Assembly: GCF_006345805.1 (NCBI RefSeq)
Contig: NC_043024.1
Coordinates: 17,112,001-17,176,000, forward strand
Length of the DNA stretch: 64,000 nt
Source of the DNA: Octopus sinensis
Lineage: Eukaryota
Direction of reading: 5' to 3'
Shown: positions 1 through 13,060 of the stretch, piece after piece
Layout: every line of letters starts with the position of its first letter
Position numbering within the stretch: position 1 is the stretch's first letter
Made by a program: the position numbers and the translations under genes
The notes under the pieces: model-generated
Database searches by the model: none
Told to the model about the DNA's origin: nothing
What the model saw: only the letters and a program-made list of their open reading frames with translations

Positions 1-289
1 GTTATATATATATATATATGTATATCATATATACGTTTAAATATTTGTTGTGCAAGATTTTTTATCATATATATATCATATATGTTATATATATATATTA
101 TATATATATATTATCATATATGTTATATATATATTTATATATATATATATATATCATATATGTTATGTTATATATATATATATATGTGTGTGTGTATGTG
201 TGTTATATATCATATATATGTTATATATATATATATATATACTACGTTTATTGGCTAAACTGGCAATATGACCATTCCGAAATATAACA

Positions 290-320
<31 letters not shown>

Positions 321-515
321 ATATCATATATGTTATATATATATTTATATATATATATATATCATATATGTTATGTTATATATATATATATGTGTGTGTG
401 TATGTGTGTTATATATCATATATATGTTATATATATATATATATACTACGTTTATTGGCTAAACTGGCAATATGACCATTCCGAAATATAACAATATATA
501 TATATATATATATAT
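1..515. repeat. Complex (TA)n microsatellite containing a ~204-bp tandem duplication
   Basis: The non-repetitive island ACTACGTTTATTGGCTAAACTGGCAATATGACCATTCCGAAATATAACAAT occurs at 241 and again at 445 within TA/TG repeats. Confidence 0.85.
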
Positions 516-518
516 ATA

Positions 519-1682
519 AATCAAAATCAAAACAAATCAAAATAGATGAACATCAATGAAATCTGTATCTTTGTGGTACCAGTGCCGGTGGCACACACTT
601 TGTGGTACCAGTGCCGGTGGCACACAAGAGAACCATCCGAACGTGGCCGTAGCCAGTTCCGCATCGACCGGCCTCCGTGCTGTGGGCACGTAACAAACAC
701 CATCCGATCATGGCCGTTCGCCAGCCTCATCTGGCACCTGTGTCGGTGGCACATAAAAACACCTTCCGAAGACCCGGCAAGACTAGTCAGTCCACCTGTG
801 CATACCTTCCTCTTGTGACACCTGTGAAGACCGGTTGAGGCAAGTGAAAATCAAATCAAATCAAATCAAATCAAAATAGACAAATAGATGAACATCAATG
901 GAATTTGTATCTTGTGGTACCAGTGCCTGTGGCACACAAGAAATCCATCAGTGCTGTAGTCAGTGCGGTGGGCACATGACAAACCTCATCCGATCGTGGC
1001 CGTTCGCCAGCCTCATCTAGCACCTGTGTCGGTGGCACATAAAAACACCATCCGAAGACCCGGCAAGACTAGTCAGGGCATAACCCATGGCCCCTACCTG
1101 GGACGTAGTCAGTCCACCTGTGCATACCTTCCTTCTTGTGACACTTGTGAAGACCTGTTGAGGCAAGTGAAAATCAAATCAAAACAAATCAAAATAGATG
1201 AACATCAATGGAATTTGTATCCTTGTAGTACCAGTGCCGGTGGCACGTGGCACACAAGAAAACCATCCGAACGTGGCTGTAGCCAGTACCGCATCGACTG
1301 GCCTCCGTGCTGTGGGCACGTAACAAGCACCATCCGATCGTGGCCGTTTTGCCAGCCTCATCTGGCACCTGTGTCGGTGGCACATAAAAACACCATCCGA
1401 GCGTGGCCGTCTGCCAGCCTCGTCTGGCACCTGTGTCGGTGGCACATAAAAAACACCATCCGAGCGTGGCCGTTTGCCAGCCTCGTCTGGCACCTGTGTC
1501 GGTGGCACATAAAATCACCCACTACACTCTCGGAGTGGTTGGCATTAGGAAGGGCATCCAGCTGTAGAAACACTGCCAGATCTGACTGGACTGGTGCAGC
1601 TTTCGGGCTCCCCAGACCCCAGTTGAACCGTCCAACCCATGCTAGCATGGAAAGCGGACGTTAAATGATGATGATGATGATA
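519..1682 (+). mobile_element. Modular retroposon with LINE-like 3' end and (GAT)n tail; internal modules tandemly amplified
   Basis: Three ~330-bp modules starting AAATCAAAA...ATAGATGAACATCAATG (519, ~850, ~1171), several ~60-bp CCATCCGA.CGTGGCCG...GGTGGCACATAAAA subunits, then GTGGTTGGCATTAGGAAGGGCATCCAGCTGTAGAAAC...CCAACCCATGCTAGCATGG...GGACGTTAAA(TGA)n. The same 3' end recurs near 4140-4255, 19325-19500 (-), 34430-34555, 48690-48845, 55850-56010 and 59560-59660. Confidence 0.75.
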
Positions 1683-1940
1683 TCTAATATTAGGGAGTAT
1701 ATCCAAACTTGCAGGGAAAAATTAGATTTAGGATTAAATCAAATTTCACAGTATAAATATGAATTAAATTAGAGATAAAACCACTATTATATATATATAA
1801 AATTTAGAATTTTAATAATTTAAATTTTAAATTTTATATTTTTTATATATATTATATATAATATTAATTATATTTATTTCTTGTTTTTTATATTTTGGTT
1901 TTTGAGTTGCTTAATAGTGGTTTTATCTCTAATTTAATTT
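1683..1940. repeat. AT-rich fold-back element, same family as 39598-39880
   Basis: AATTAAATTAGAGATAAAACCACTATTA (~1763-1790) is inverted at ~1912-1939. The left flank (TAATATTAGGGAGTATATCCAAAC...) is the reverse-complement homologue of 39800-39870. Confidence 0.7.
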
Positions 1941-2350
1941 ATATATGTTATATATATATATAGATATATATCAACAATCAAGGAACGGCCATGATAGGCC
2001 ATTCACCCACTAGAAATAACAGCCAAAGCTTCAACCGCAAATAAAGATTAATTCCGTAAACAGGAGAAAATTTAAAAAAACATTTACCCTGTAATTTCTT
2101 GTACGATGCACCGTTTCATCTGCTGTTTAATGGTAAACTAACCTGATTAAATTAAATCAAGCCAATCTTCCATAGGCCCTCAGATTCTTCAGCAAGAAAT
2201 AGCCAAGTCGGAGCAGATATTTTCACGAGGCATTTCAGACCCTGCCAAGGTAATATCTGACCTAAAATTTTCAAATCGTCGCACTCGCGCCAAATTTATC
2301 GGCAGCAAATAAATATAAGCCGTCGATTCCATTACGGAATTAACCAGAAA

Positions 2351-2439
2351 ATTCATAATTAATCAATATAGGGTGGCAAAAAAATTCTACAAGAATTCTA
2401 CAAAATTTTTTTGCCACCCTATATTGATTAATTATGAAT
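2351..2439. repeat. Perfect 36-bp-arm inverted repeat
   Basis: ATTCATAATTAATCAATATAGGGTGGCAAAAAAATT (2351-2386) is inverted exactly at 2404-2439, with a 17-nt loop CTACAAGAATTCTACAA. Confidence 0.95.
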
Positions 2440-3087
2440 ATATAGATATATATATATATATGTTTTCTTCATCTCTTAACTATAGAACTGTAGTAGTAGT
2501 TCTTGTTGTGTATCCCCAAGTCATCTCTGATTGAATTGACTTGAGAGTCACATTCGCTTGTTAGTGACATTTATACTTTTACATGAAATATTAATGAACG
2601 ACAAGAGATTAAAATTGTTAATAAATAGATAATTAGGCAATCTTTCGGTATAAGTTCACACGTAGATTTGTTTACATTTCTGAAGATAACAGAAACCCTT
2701 TTCTCTCACCCCTAACCCTAACACAAACCCTAACCCTTACCCCTTCCCCATATATAATAAAAAACACTTTACGGAGAGTGATGATCTTCTTTTTGAAATG
2801 TATCCGGTACTTCCGGAAGAACGCTGATAATTATTATTGCTTATTCTGTTGTAAAAGGCAGAAACGTGGCAGAGCTGTAAACATGGCAAAGAACAATGCT
2901 TAGCAGTATTTTATCCATCTTTATGTTCTGAGTTCAGATTCTGCCAAAGTCGACTTTACCTTTCATCCTTTTGCAGTTGCTAAAATGAGAACCAGTTAAA
3001 TACTGGGGTCAATGTAATTGACTTACCCCCTGCCCTGAAGTTGCTGGCCTTGTGCCAAAACATGAAACAGTTATTTTGGTTTTTATA

Positions 3088-3620
3088 GGTGCAGGCATGA
3101 CTGTGTGGTAAGAAGCTTGCTTCCCAACCACATGGTTCTGCTTTACATGCAGTAAACCTGTAAACTTATGATTCAAGGCATCATTTTTGAACCCTTTATA
3201 ATCTATTATATTAAATGTTTAATTTAATATGATCTATTATACTAAATATGAAAACACCAAAGTTCTGGGTTCAGTCCCGCTGCGTAGCACCTTGGGCAAG
3301 TGTCTTATACTATAGTCCCAGGTTGACCAAAGCCTTGTGAGTGGATTTTGCAGAGGGAAACTGAAAGAAGCCTGTCATATATATGTATATATATATATGT
3401 TTGTATGTATTTGTGTGTGTCTGTGTTTGTGCCCCCACCATCACTTGACAACAATGTTGGTGTGTTTACATCCCTGTAGCTTAGCAGTTTGGCAAAAGAG
3501 ATCAATAGAATAAATACTTGTCTTACAAAGAATATGTCCTAGGGTTGATTTGTTCAACCAAAGTTGGTGCTCCAGCATGGCCACAGTCAAATGACTGAAA
3601 CAAGTGAAAGAAGAAAAGAA
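3088..3620 (+). mobile_element. tRNA-derived CORE-like SINE (family S1), interrupted by a 122-bp insertion
   Basis: A-box-like GGCATGACTGTGTGG, B-box-like GGTTCAGTCCC, CORE-like CACCTTGGGCAAGTGTC, tail AAATGACTGAAACAAG. The insertion at 3141-3262 is flanked by TTCTG direct repeats. Confidence 0.8.
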
Positions 3621-4961
3621 TATCATGAAGCAATAAAAACTATTACTGTGTTGTATCAATGTTTAGCAGTATTTGGTCTGTCTTTACATTCTGAGTTCAA
3701 ATTCCACCGTGGTCGACTTTGCCATTCATCCTTTCAGGCTTGATAAATTAAGTACCAGTTGCATACTGGATCGATCTTATTGACTGGCCCCCTCCCTAAA
3801 AATTTCGGGCCTTGTACCTTGAGTAGAAAAGAATACTTTACTGACTTAGCTAATGATGTACCCTAAAAATTACGATAAACATTTAAATAAGATGAGAGAG
3901 CAAGGAAAAAGCTTTGGAAATTATGTTTGTGTCCTGCAATGAAATGAAAAGTCAGTTCTGATCTCTTTTTCTTTTTTTTTGTGTGTGTGTTTGTGGACAA
4001 GTGATTCACCAAGACTGATAAATGCCCAAAGCATTTGGCAAAATACTGTGCTTGAGAAGACCTGTCTAACCGAGTGAGTTTGTAGTCATGACTAATGCCA
4101 GTGTTTCATAACTGATACCCATGATGATGGCATGTAAAAAAACCACTCACCAGACTCTTGGAGTGGTTGGCATTAGGAAGGGCATCCAGCTTCAGAAACC
4201 GTGTGAAATCAGACTGGAACCGGGTGCAGTTAAACAATGATGATGATGATGATGTTTGTGTGCGTGTGTTTGTTTCTCTGTCTCCCTGCCCTTCCAACTC
4301 ATCCACAACCCAAAATGGTCATTGCTAAAGAATCCACACCAAAATATCCGTACCCAATCATCTTGTTCCATAACTGCATTAAACCCCAGACAAATGAAAA
4401 ACTAAGTTGACACTGATTGGATTTGAACTGTGAATGTTGCAAGGCAAATCTAAATATAAAAAAGAAAAAAGTTTGGTCTCACAGATTGACTTGTTCTACC
4501 TTGTATTTCAGTTTCCACTTTCAACCAATTCTCAAATATTGATTTCTAGTGTCTGCTAAAATGGTAAAGGACCTTTATCAATAAAAAATATAGTAATATT
4601 TGTTATGATACTGAAGGAATTCTTTAGAATTCTTTAATGTCTGAATTTGTTTTTGATTTTTCATGGTTTTCTAATATCTTTTACACCTTTTAACACTATT
4701 TCTTTTATCTGGAATGCTGTTAAAACAAATTACTGCTATGAAATCAAAAGGAGAGCATTTTACTGATAAATATTAAGAAAGCAGTTAAAAATAGTTTGGA
4801 CCATTTTATAAAAAGATGGAAAGTTGGTCAAGCATCAGACAAGATGTCATGCAGTGACCATTCTGGTTCTTGGCATTTTGAGTTCAAATTGTACCTGATT
4901 CAGGGTTAACTGGCTGACCACAATAGTGCTCCTTTGTTCCAACAGTGGAGAAGCCTCTTTT

Positions 4962-5358
4962 ACTTGTTTCAGTCATTTGACTGTAGCCATGCTGGAGCAC
5001 CGCCTTTAGTTGAGCAAATCAACCCCAGGACTTATTCTTTTTAAGCATAGTACTTATTCTATCATTTTCTTTTTGCCGAACCGCTAAGTTACGCAGACGT
5101 AAACACACCAGCATTGCTTGTCAAGTGATGTTGGTGGGACAAACACAGACACACAAACATATACATACACATACAAATATATATACATATATACAACTGG
5201 CTTCTTTCAGTTTCCATCTACCAAATCCACTCACAAGTCTTTGGTTGGCCTGAGGATATAGTAGAAGACACTTGCCCAAGGTGTCACGCAGTGGGACTGA
5301 ACTCAGAACCATGTGGTTCATAAGCGAGCTACTTACCATGCAGCCACTCCTGTGCCTG
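4962..5358 (-). mobile_element. SINE family S1, full length
   Basis: Reverse complement of the S1 consensus (GGCACAGGAGTGGCTGCATGGTAAG...AAACAAGTAAAAGAG). Confidence 0.8.
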
Positions 5359-5609
5359 CAAACAGATTAAATATATCTACAATAGCGTATTGTGATAATA
5401 TGCAATAGGGGATGAAAAATGGTTAAAGGGAATAGATAAGTAACTTTTAGAATATATCTCAATGCATGGAGAGATACATTGCTTCCCAACCACATGGTTT
5501 TGGGTTCAGTCCCACTGTATGACCCCTAGGGCAAATGTCTTTTACTCTTGCTTTGTGCTGACCAAAGCCTTGTGAGTGGATTTGGTACACAGAAACTGAA
5601 AGAACTTGA

Positions 5610-5845
5610 TGGTGGCAAGCTGGCAGAAACATTAAAATGCTAGGCAAAATGCTTAGCGGAATTTCATGTCATTACATTCTGAGTTCAAATTCTGCCGAGA
5701 TAGACTTTGCCTTTCATCCTTTCGGGGTTGATAAATTAAGTACCAGTTGCACACTGGAGTCGATGTAATCAACTTAATCCCCTTTCTCTGTCCTTGTTTG
5801 TCCCCTCTATGTTTAGCCCCTTGTGGGCAACAAAGAAATAAGAAC
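5610..5845 (+). mobile_element. tRNA-derived SINE family S2 (about 20 copies in window)
   Basis: Head GCAAGCTGGCAGAAACATTA...CTGAGTTCAAATTC, central GACTTTGCCTTTCATCCTTTCGGGGTTGATAAATTAAGTACCAG, tail CCCCTTGTGGGCAACAAAGAAATAAG. Further copies near 2850, 3660, 8085, 9790-10660, 30675, 41570(-), 42570(-), 44125, 47110-47755(-), 57645(-) and 62318-63045. Confidence 0.8.
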
Positions 5846-6230
5846 CTGAAAGAAGCCTGTTATGTGTGTGTGGGTGGGTGTGGGTCTTAGTGTTTGTTTG
5901 TCCCCTTCAAGTACTTGATAACCAGTGTTAGTGTGTTTACATCCCTGTAACACACGAACCATTCAGAAAAAGTGACTAAAAGAACAAATAACAAGCTTTG
6001 AAAAAAAAAAAAGGTCATGAGGTCAATCAGTTTGACTAAAATTCCTCAAAGCAATGCTGTAATAAATTGCATGGCTGCCTTCCAATGACTGAAACAAGTA
6101 AGAGATAAAAAATTGGGATTACTTCCTTTCGTTTATTTTTAATTATGCTAATTGTACTGACAAAATTACTTCTGAATCTTTCTCAATTTGTAAAAAACTG
6201 CATCACATGATCAGTAGAACTGGTTAGACT

Positions 6231-6277
6231 GTATTGTACTGATGAGGCCTGATAAACTGAAACAGGTCTATTGTTGC
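6231..6277 (+). ncRNA. Degenerate type I hammerhead ribozyme motif
   Basis: CUGAUGA (6239-6245), weak stem II, GAAA (6259-6262), AC-AG-GU, GUC site (6266-6268). Stems I and II are partly mismatched. Confidence 0.5.
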
Positions 6278-6859
6278 TTCCCTTGGCTTTGAGTAAATAA
6301 GTAAATTATGTTCATAAATTTAATTCTTAATTACTTGAAATTATTTCCCCATTTCTCTGAGAATTTCCTAACAGTTATTGATGGGTTTTAGGTTGTACCA
6401 ATCTTTACCCAGTGGGGTGGAGGAGAGAAGGGGCTCTGCATGGTCACAAAACATTGCTAGAAACAGAAGTCATATGAAGTGAAGTAACACATAAAATAAT
6501 ATAGTTTTTGGTAGACAATGTCTCTCATAATTGATTTTCTTATACAAATAATGGAATGAATGATTAACTTCCTCGTCTTTGTGCAAATGTAGTATCAACT
6601 TGGATTGTGTAGGGAAAGAGGATATGCACACATATAACTATATATATATATAACACAAATATACATATATATATACTCACACACACACATACACACATAT
6701 ATATATACTCACACATACACACACACACACGCATACAAATAGGTAGAATAGAGAGCTATGTATGCTTTTGTTCAACCCCTCAAAGGTCTCATCATCCCCT
6801 CAAGGAATATTTTTTACTGTTTGGAATATAATTGTCAATAGTTCTTATGAACTTACTGA

Positions 6860-7149
6860 TATCACCTCATCTATCTATCTGTTTGTCTGCCAGTCTGTCT
6901 GTCTATGTATATTTGTATGTATGTATGTATGGATGGATGGATGGATGGATGGATTGTTGTTTGTTTGTTTGTATGTATGCACATATGTATGTCTGTATCT
7001 ATCTACCTATATATCTATATATGTGTCTAACTATCTATCTATCTCTCTTTGTATATATATGATGCATATATGTATCTATCTATCTATCTATTTGTCTTTC
7101 TATATGTCTGTCTCTCTGTCTCTCTGTCTATCTCTTCCTATCTATTTAT

Positions 7150-7221
<72 letters not shown>

Positions 7222-7293
7222 TTATATATCTATCTTTTGTCTGTCTGTCTCTCTCTATCTATTTGTCTGTCTCTCTCCCTGTCCATTTGCCTA

Positions 7294-7347
<54 letters not shown>

Positions 7348-7460
7348 CATTTATTTATATGTCTGTCTGTATATTTATCTATCTATCTGTCTGTTTGTCT
7401 AATCTATCAATAAATTTATTTATCTGTCTGTCTGTCTATCTAGCTATCTGTCCGTCTATC
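6860..7460. repeat. (TCTA)n/(TCTG)n tetranucleotide microsatellite
   Basis: Direct reading; source of the artefactual 292-aa ORF. Confidence 0.95.
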
Positions 7461-10400
7461 CACACACACACACTAACACCCACATACAAATATAAATGTA
7501 TCTGTGTGTATATGTGCATACACACATACAGTATTTACATGAACATTTGTATGTCTTTGTATATGTACACACACAAACTCACACAAACACAGAAACACAT
7601 TTCCAAAACGGCAGATACATATACTCACGGACACATATGATTAATATTTAAACAGGGATAAAATACACTTCATTGTCTCATTGTATCTCTGTCAAAATTC
7701 TTCACTTGACTCCATTGATAAATGATTTCTTGTCATTGCTTCTTGTTGTTTCGCTAAGAAACTTTCCGCTTTTCATAAATTTGTTGCTGTTGTTTGTGAT
7801 GATGCTGGTGGCAGTAGTGGTTGTGGTATTGCTGTTGTTGTTGTGGTATTGCTGTTGTTGTTGTAGGTGTTGATTGTGTTGTAGTTGATGTTGACTTTTG
7901 TCAGACTTTGATTTATCATTCAGCCTCAAGCAGGTATAGCTGTGTGGCAAAGTAGTTCCTTTCTGAACTTCTTGGTGTTGAGTTCAATCTGATTGTGTGG
8001 CACCTTGGGCCATGCATGTGTCTTCTATTATAAGCCCCAGGATGACCAATGCTTTGTGAGTGAATTTGCTTAACAGAAACTGAAGGCAGCAAGCTGGTAG
8101 AAACGTTAGCACACCGAGCGAAATGCTTAGCAGTATTTCATCTGTTTTTACGTTCTGAGTTCAAATTCTGCTGAGGTTGACTTTGCCTTTCATCCTTTTG
8201 GATTAAGAACCAGTTATGTACTGGGATCGATGTAATTGACTTAATCCCTTTGTCTGTCCTTGTTTGTCCCCTCTATGTTTAGCCCCTTGTGGGCAATAAA
8301 GAAATAAGAAACTGTAAGAAGCTTGTTAGATATGTTCCAGTGGCAATATTGTCCAAACCGTCATCGCCACTGATATGTCCCATGATGACGATGTATTTCG
8401 TCATCTCTACAGGACTGGTCCCAACAGCATACCTTCGCTCACCGACTCTACTGATTATATCAGTCCACTGTTTATTAGTAGTAGACCAACTCACTTCTTG
8501 CCAGGGGGCATCTGCCACAGCAGTTACAATCTGCATTGAGGTGCAACCAGAAATGGTGACACCAGCTTCTGTAGTTCAACCCAAAACAGTAATCTATCAT
8601 TTGTGAGTTGGTAGCATTGGCATCTGTACACATTTCCTGTTAACAGATCATCCACTAGCTCTACTAGTTCCTCTGGAATAAAAAAAAGTCTCTCTTACTC
8701 GATAAGCAACAGGAAAGGTTCAACAATAGGGAGAGCATCCACCTGTAAAAGTCCTGCTTCGGATAAAAGAAAATGTTCCAAATACTCAAATAAGTCTTTT
8801 GGAAAACAGTGGCAACAATAACAACAACAGTTCTTACATGATTCCAAATACTCAGATCTGTTGATTGGATGCTGTGGGAAGACAAATCTTCTTTCAGCAC
8901 TAAATGGAAAGATAGTAATTTGGGGCTCTGTCACAGTTCCAAGTATAAAAATGTTGAAGGGAAAGTATTGGACAATCCAACAGTATTTCTTTGGCGCAAG
9001 AAAAATTTGATGGAAAGATGAAGAGAAAAATTACATCTCTCTGCTTATGAGAAGATGGTAGCAAATAAATAAGTGCAATAGACCATACAACTTTCCTCTG
9101 TAATTATTATTCCTTCTTCAACACACAATGGAAGTCTGCTACTACAGGTTGGTACTCTTTGAGGATAAAGTATTTACTAATCTGTTTGTAATACTGGGCC
9201 TTAAAATACTTCCTTCGCTCTTTCCTCCCTAAAGTTTTGGCAGATGTTGCCTTGGAAACTGGTGCTTGTTGTTCTTTTTGCTGTTTTTATTTTTGTTGTC
9301 CTCTTCTTCAGGACATTCACTTCTCAACCCTGCATCATCAAACCTACCCCCTTTGTCTCCACACTTCTACTGGATGCATTTCTGGTATCGCTCCATGACC
9401 TCTGGGTGTCATTAGGATCTGCACTTCCATTTTGATGTCCCCTGACCATATGTTACTTTTCCTTAAACCCCACTTTGACCATTTTCCCATGCTGCAACAC
9501 AGAACTCACCACTAACCATGGGTCTACATCATGTCTAAAATCTCTTCATAAATAAGTACTGGGGTCAATTCTTTTGACAAAACATTCTCCAAAGCAGTGC
9601 TCCAGCATGGCTGCAATATCTTTCACCCACACCTTTTGTAATTTGTAAAGTTTTTCGTTTACTTTCCATGTTATCTTTTTCCTTTCTTTGTAACCTCAGG
9701 TGAACGTTTCAGATCTTTTCAAACTCATTTGGTTAATAAAGACAAGATTGTTAATCGTTATAACTGTTATTATTATTATTATTGTTGTTATGGTGGTGAT
9801 CTGGTGAATTTCTTGACACAATGGACTACTTAGTAGCATTTCATCTGTCTTCACGTTCAGAGCCCAAATTCTGCCAAGGGTGGCTTTGCCTTTCGTCCTT
9901 TTAGGGTTAAGACAATAAAGCTTGCCACCTTAACACACAAGTTTCTTACCACACAGCTATGCCTGCACCTTACAGCCACACCTGCACCTCAAGTAGAAAG
10001 GATTATTATTATTATTACTATTGTTATGAAAAAGGTTGTGAGTTGGTTGTCTCATTAGCATTCTGGAAAAATATTTAGTGGTATTTCTTCAGTCTTCACA
10101 TTCTGAGCCCAAATTCTGCTGAGGTCGTCCTTTTGATTGCCCCTCCCTCTCGTAAAATTTCCGGCGTTGTGCCTTTAGTAGAAAGGATTAAGTTCTCATC
10201 TCACAGCAGCAAGCTGGTGGAACCATTAGCATGCTGGGCAAAATACCTAGTGGTATTTCATCCTTCTTTATGTTCTGAGTTCAAATTCTGTGAAGGTTGA
10301 CTTTGCCTTTCATCCTTTTGAGGGTCAATGAAATAAGTACCATCTGAGCACTGGGGTCAGTGTAATCGACTTAACCCTACCCCGGAATTGCTGGCCTTGT

Positions 10401-11001
10401 GCCAAAATTTGAAATCATAATTATTATTATGAGAAAATCAGTGAGTTGGCAGAATTGGTAGCATGCTTGATAAAATACTTGATAGCTTTTCATCAGGCTT
10501 TACATTCTGAGTTCAAATTCCGCCGAGGTTGACTTTGCCTTTTATCTTTTTGGAGTTAATACTATAAAGCACTCATTGACCACAGGAATTGCGGTGGTCA
10601 ACGAACCCCTCTCTCAAAATTTCAGGCCTTGTGCTTACCACAGAAAGGATTATTATTATTAATCTTTGTAAACTGTGTCTACATCTTGTTAATCTCCTCA
10701 ACCAATGCTTGTCTGTTTATTTAGATTTATTTACTAAGTTTCTACCAAACACAGATTAATTATCATCTCACATCAATAGTTTTGGTTTATTTTATCTTCC
10801 CTTTATTTACATTTGGTATGTAGTGTGGGTAGGTGGGTGGGTATTTCTTCCAATATATTCCCCAGAAATCTTATCAAATACCAACAAATCCAAACACGCC
10901 CTCTTCCCCTTGCAAATATTAATGACTCCAACAATAACATCAGCGACAATAAAACAAAAATAATGGAACGATAAAAATATCGATGACAACAACAGTCACC
11001 A

Positions 11002-11053
<52 letters not shown>

Positions 11054-11477
11054 CAAATAATAAGAAGAATGATATCTCTAATTTAAAAAAAAAAAAATAC
11101 AAAATACATTGAACAACAACAGCAACAACAATCTGAATCAATAGAAGGCTATATTTGATACCTGCAAGGAGAAATTTATAACAAACACAGAATTTTGCTC
11201 AAAACTGAAAAAAAAAAAAAAATTGAATGTGAAAATATGAATTTATAAAAAGAAATTACAAATTTTAGAAATAAAATAACAAAAGATAAAAGGGAAAGAA
11301 AGAAGGAAAGAAATAATAGAAAGAAAGAAGGGAGGGAGGGAGGGAAGTAAGAAAAGGAGTAGGGAAGGCAGGAAGGAAGTTGCGAATGTTTGTCTTATGT
11401 GTTCTTTCTTTTCTATTCTCAACAATTTATATCCATGGGAATATGTCAAGTGGTGATTTGTAAAATATATAGAACAG

Positions 11478-11760
11478 TGATGATGATGATGATGATGACG
11501 GTGATGATGATGACGGTGATGATGAAGATGGTGATGGTGATGGTGATGATGAGGATGAGGATGATGGTGATGATGATGATGATGATGGTGATGACTATGA
11601 TGGTGATGGTAATGGTGGTGGTGGTGGTGATGATGATGAAAATAGTGATGATGATTATGATGATAATGGTGTTCAGTTCTGCTAGTGATGATGGCTATGG
11701 GTGACTGATAATGTTAATAATGACACTGATGATGATGATGATAATGATGATGACTGCTGA
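11478..11760. repeat. (GAT/GGT)n trinucleotide microsatellite
   Basis: Direct reading. Confidence 0.95.
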
Positions 11761-12594
11761 GGGTGTTTCTATCTCCTTTATCCCAATTTCTGTAATTTTT
11801 AAATTTTCCTTGTGGGGCAGACAAAATTGAAAGGACTGAAGGCAGACACTTTCCTCTTTGGCCAAGCCCTGATCGATTTTTTAAAATCCCATTTCAAAAG
11901 GAATATGAAAGTTAAGAGGGAGATGCTATCCCCACCACCACCACCACCACCACCACCACCAGTAAATTTGTTGAAAGGTGGAAGAATGTGGCGAGGATGT
12001 CCTTAGTGAATGGGTCTGATTTAAGTTGATGCCTTTAGACCTAGAAGTAGGGAGGAGAGGGGAGCACTTGTCATGGTATTCCTGATGAGTTGAGAGACTC
12101 AAGATCTGTGGGGTTCTTTGATTGCCCCTGGGTGGAGATTCTTTGCGTTTTTAGGGAATTTATTAAAAAATTTTGTTAAATTGTTTTTGTTCCAATTTTT
12201 AAAGTTGTTTTATGTAAACCCCCACTGTTGTTTGTCTTTGTATTGTCATAAATATTATTTGCAGCCCTTGTGGCCAATAAAGAAACAAAAGTTCTATATA
12301 CTAAACTACTACTACTACTACTACTACATTGCCACTAATAAGAACAAACTACTGCTAGAAATAGAAGACAAGTTACCTTGAAATCATACTCCACTAACTA
12401 AAAGAAGGAAGGCTACTATGTATAATGTAAATGATGGTATGGCCATGGCTGGAATCATCTTTACTCACAAATCTGTTGGATCAGGGCTGAGTTGGGGCTA
12501 AGCGACAATGACAACAACAATATGAGCCAATCAAAATATGCTAGATATAGTAACTGATTCTACCTCATTAAAGGAACGACATATAAGACAAGAT

Positions 12595-13060
12595 GAGCCC
12601 TGATTTACAAACCTTCCTTCTCCATCACACCACCTTAACTCTCTTTACTCCTACTATCACCACTATTAATACCACTATTACCTCTACTACTACCACTATT
12701 ACCACCACCATCACAACTATACTACTACTGCTACAAACACTACATCATCATCACTACCACCACCACCATCAGCATAAACACCACTATTACTATCACTATC
12801 TCCAGCTCTACCACCACCATTACCACTACCACTATTACTAGCACTAATACTACTACTACCACCACCACCACTAACACTATTATAACTACCACCATCATCA
12901 CTAAAAATGCCACCACTATTATTATTATAAATGCCACCATCACCATCATCGCTATAAATGCCACCACCATCATCGCTATAAATGCCACTACCTCTACCAC
13001 CATCTCCAGTACTCCACCACCACAGCCATTACCTCTACCAATCTACCCCCCCCCCACTAC
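12595..13060. repeat. (CAC/CAT/ACT)n trinucleotide low-complexity tract
   Basis: Direct reading. Confidence 0.9.

Noticed and set aside
963-1664. 233-aa ORF
   Set aside because: It runs through tandem modules of a dispersed retroposon; the peptide is repetitive with no recognisable domain.
2675-2700. CUGAAGA...GAAA
   Set aside because: Only 5 nt lie between the core halves, so there is no stem II; TTTCTG/CAGAAA forms a simple hairpin instead.
6762-7640. 292-aa ORF and the many other YI/CV/HT/poly-M/poly-I ORFs in the track
   Set aside because: Translations of microsatellites that lack stop codons in some frames.
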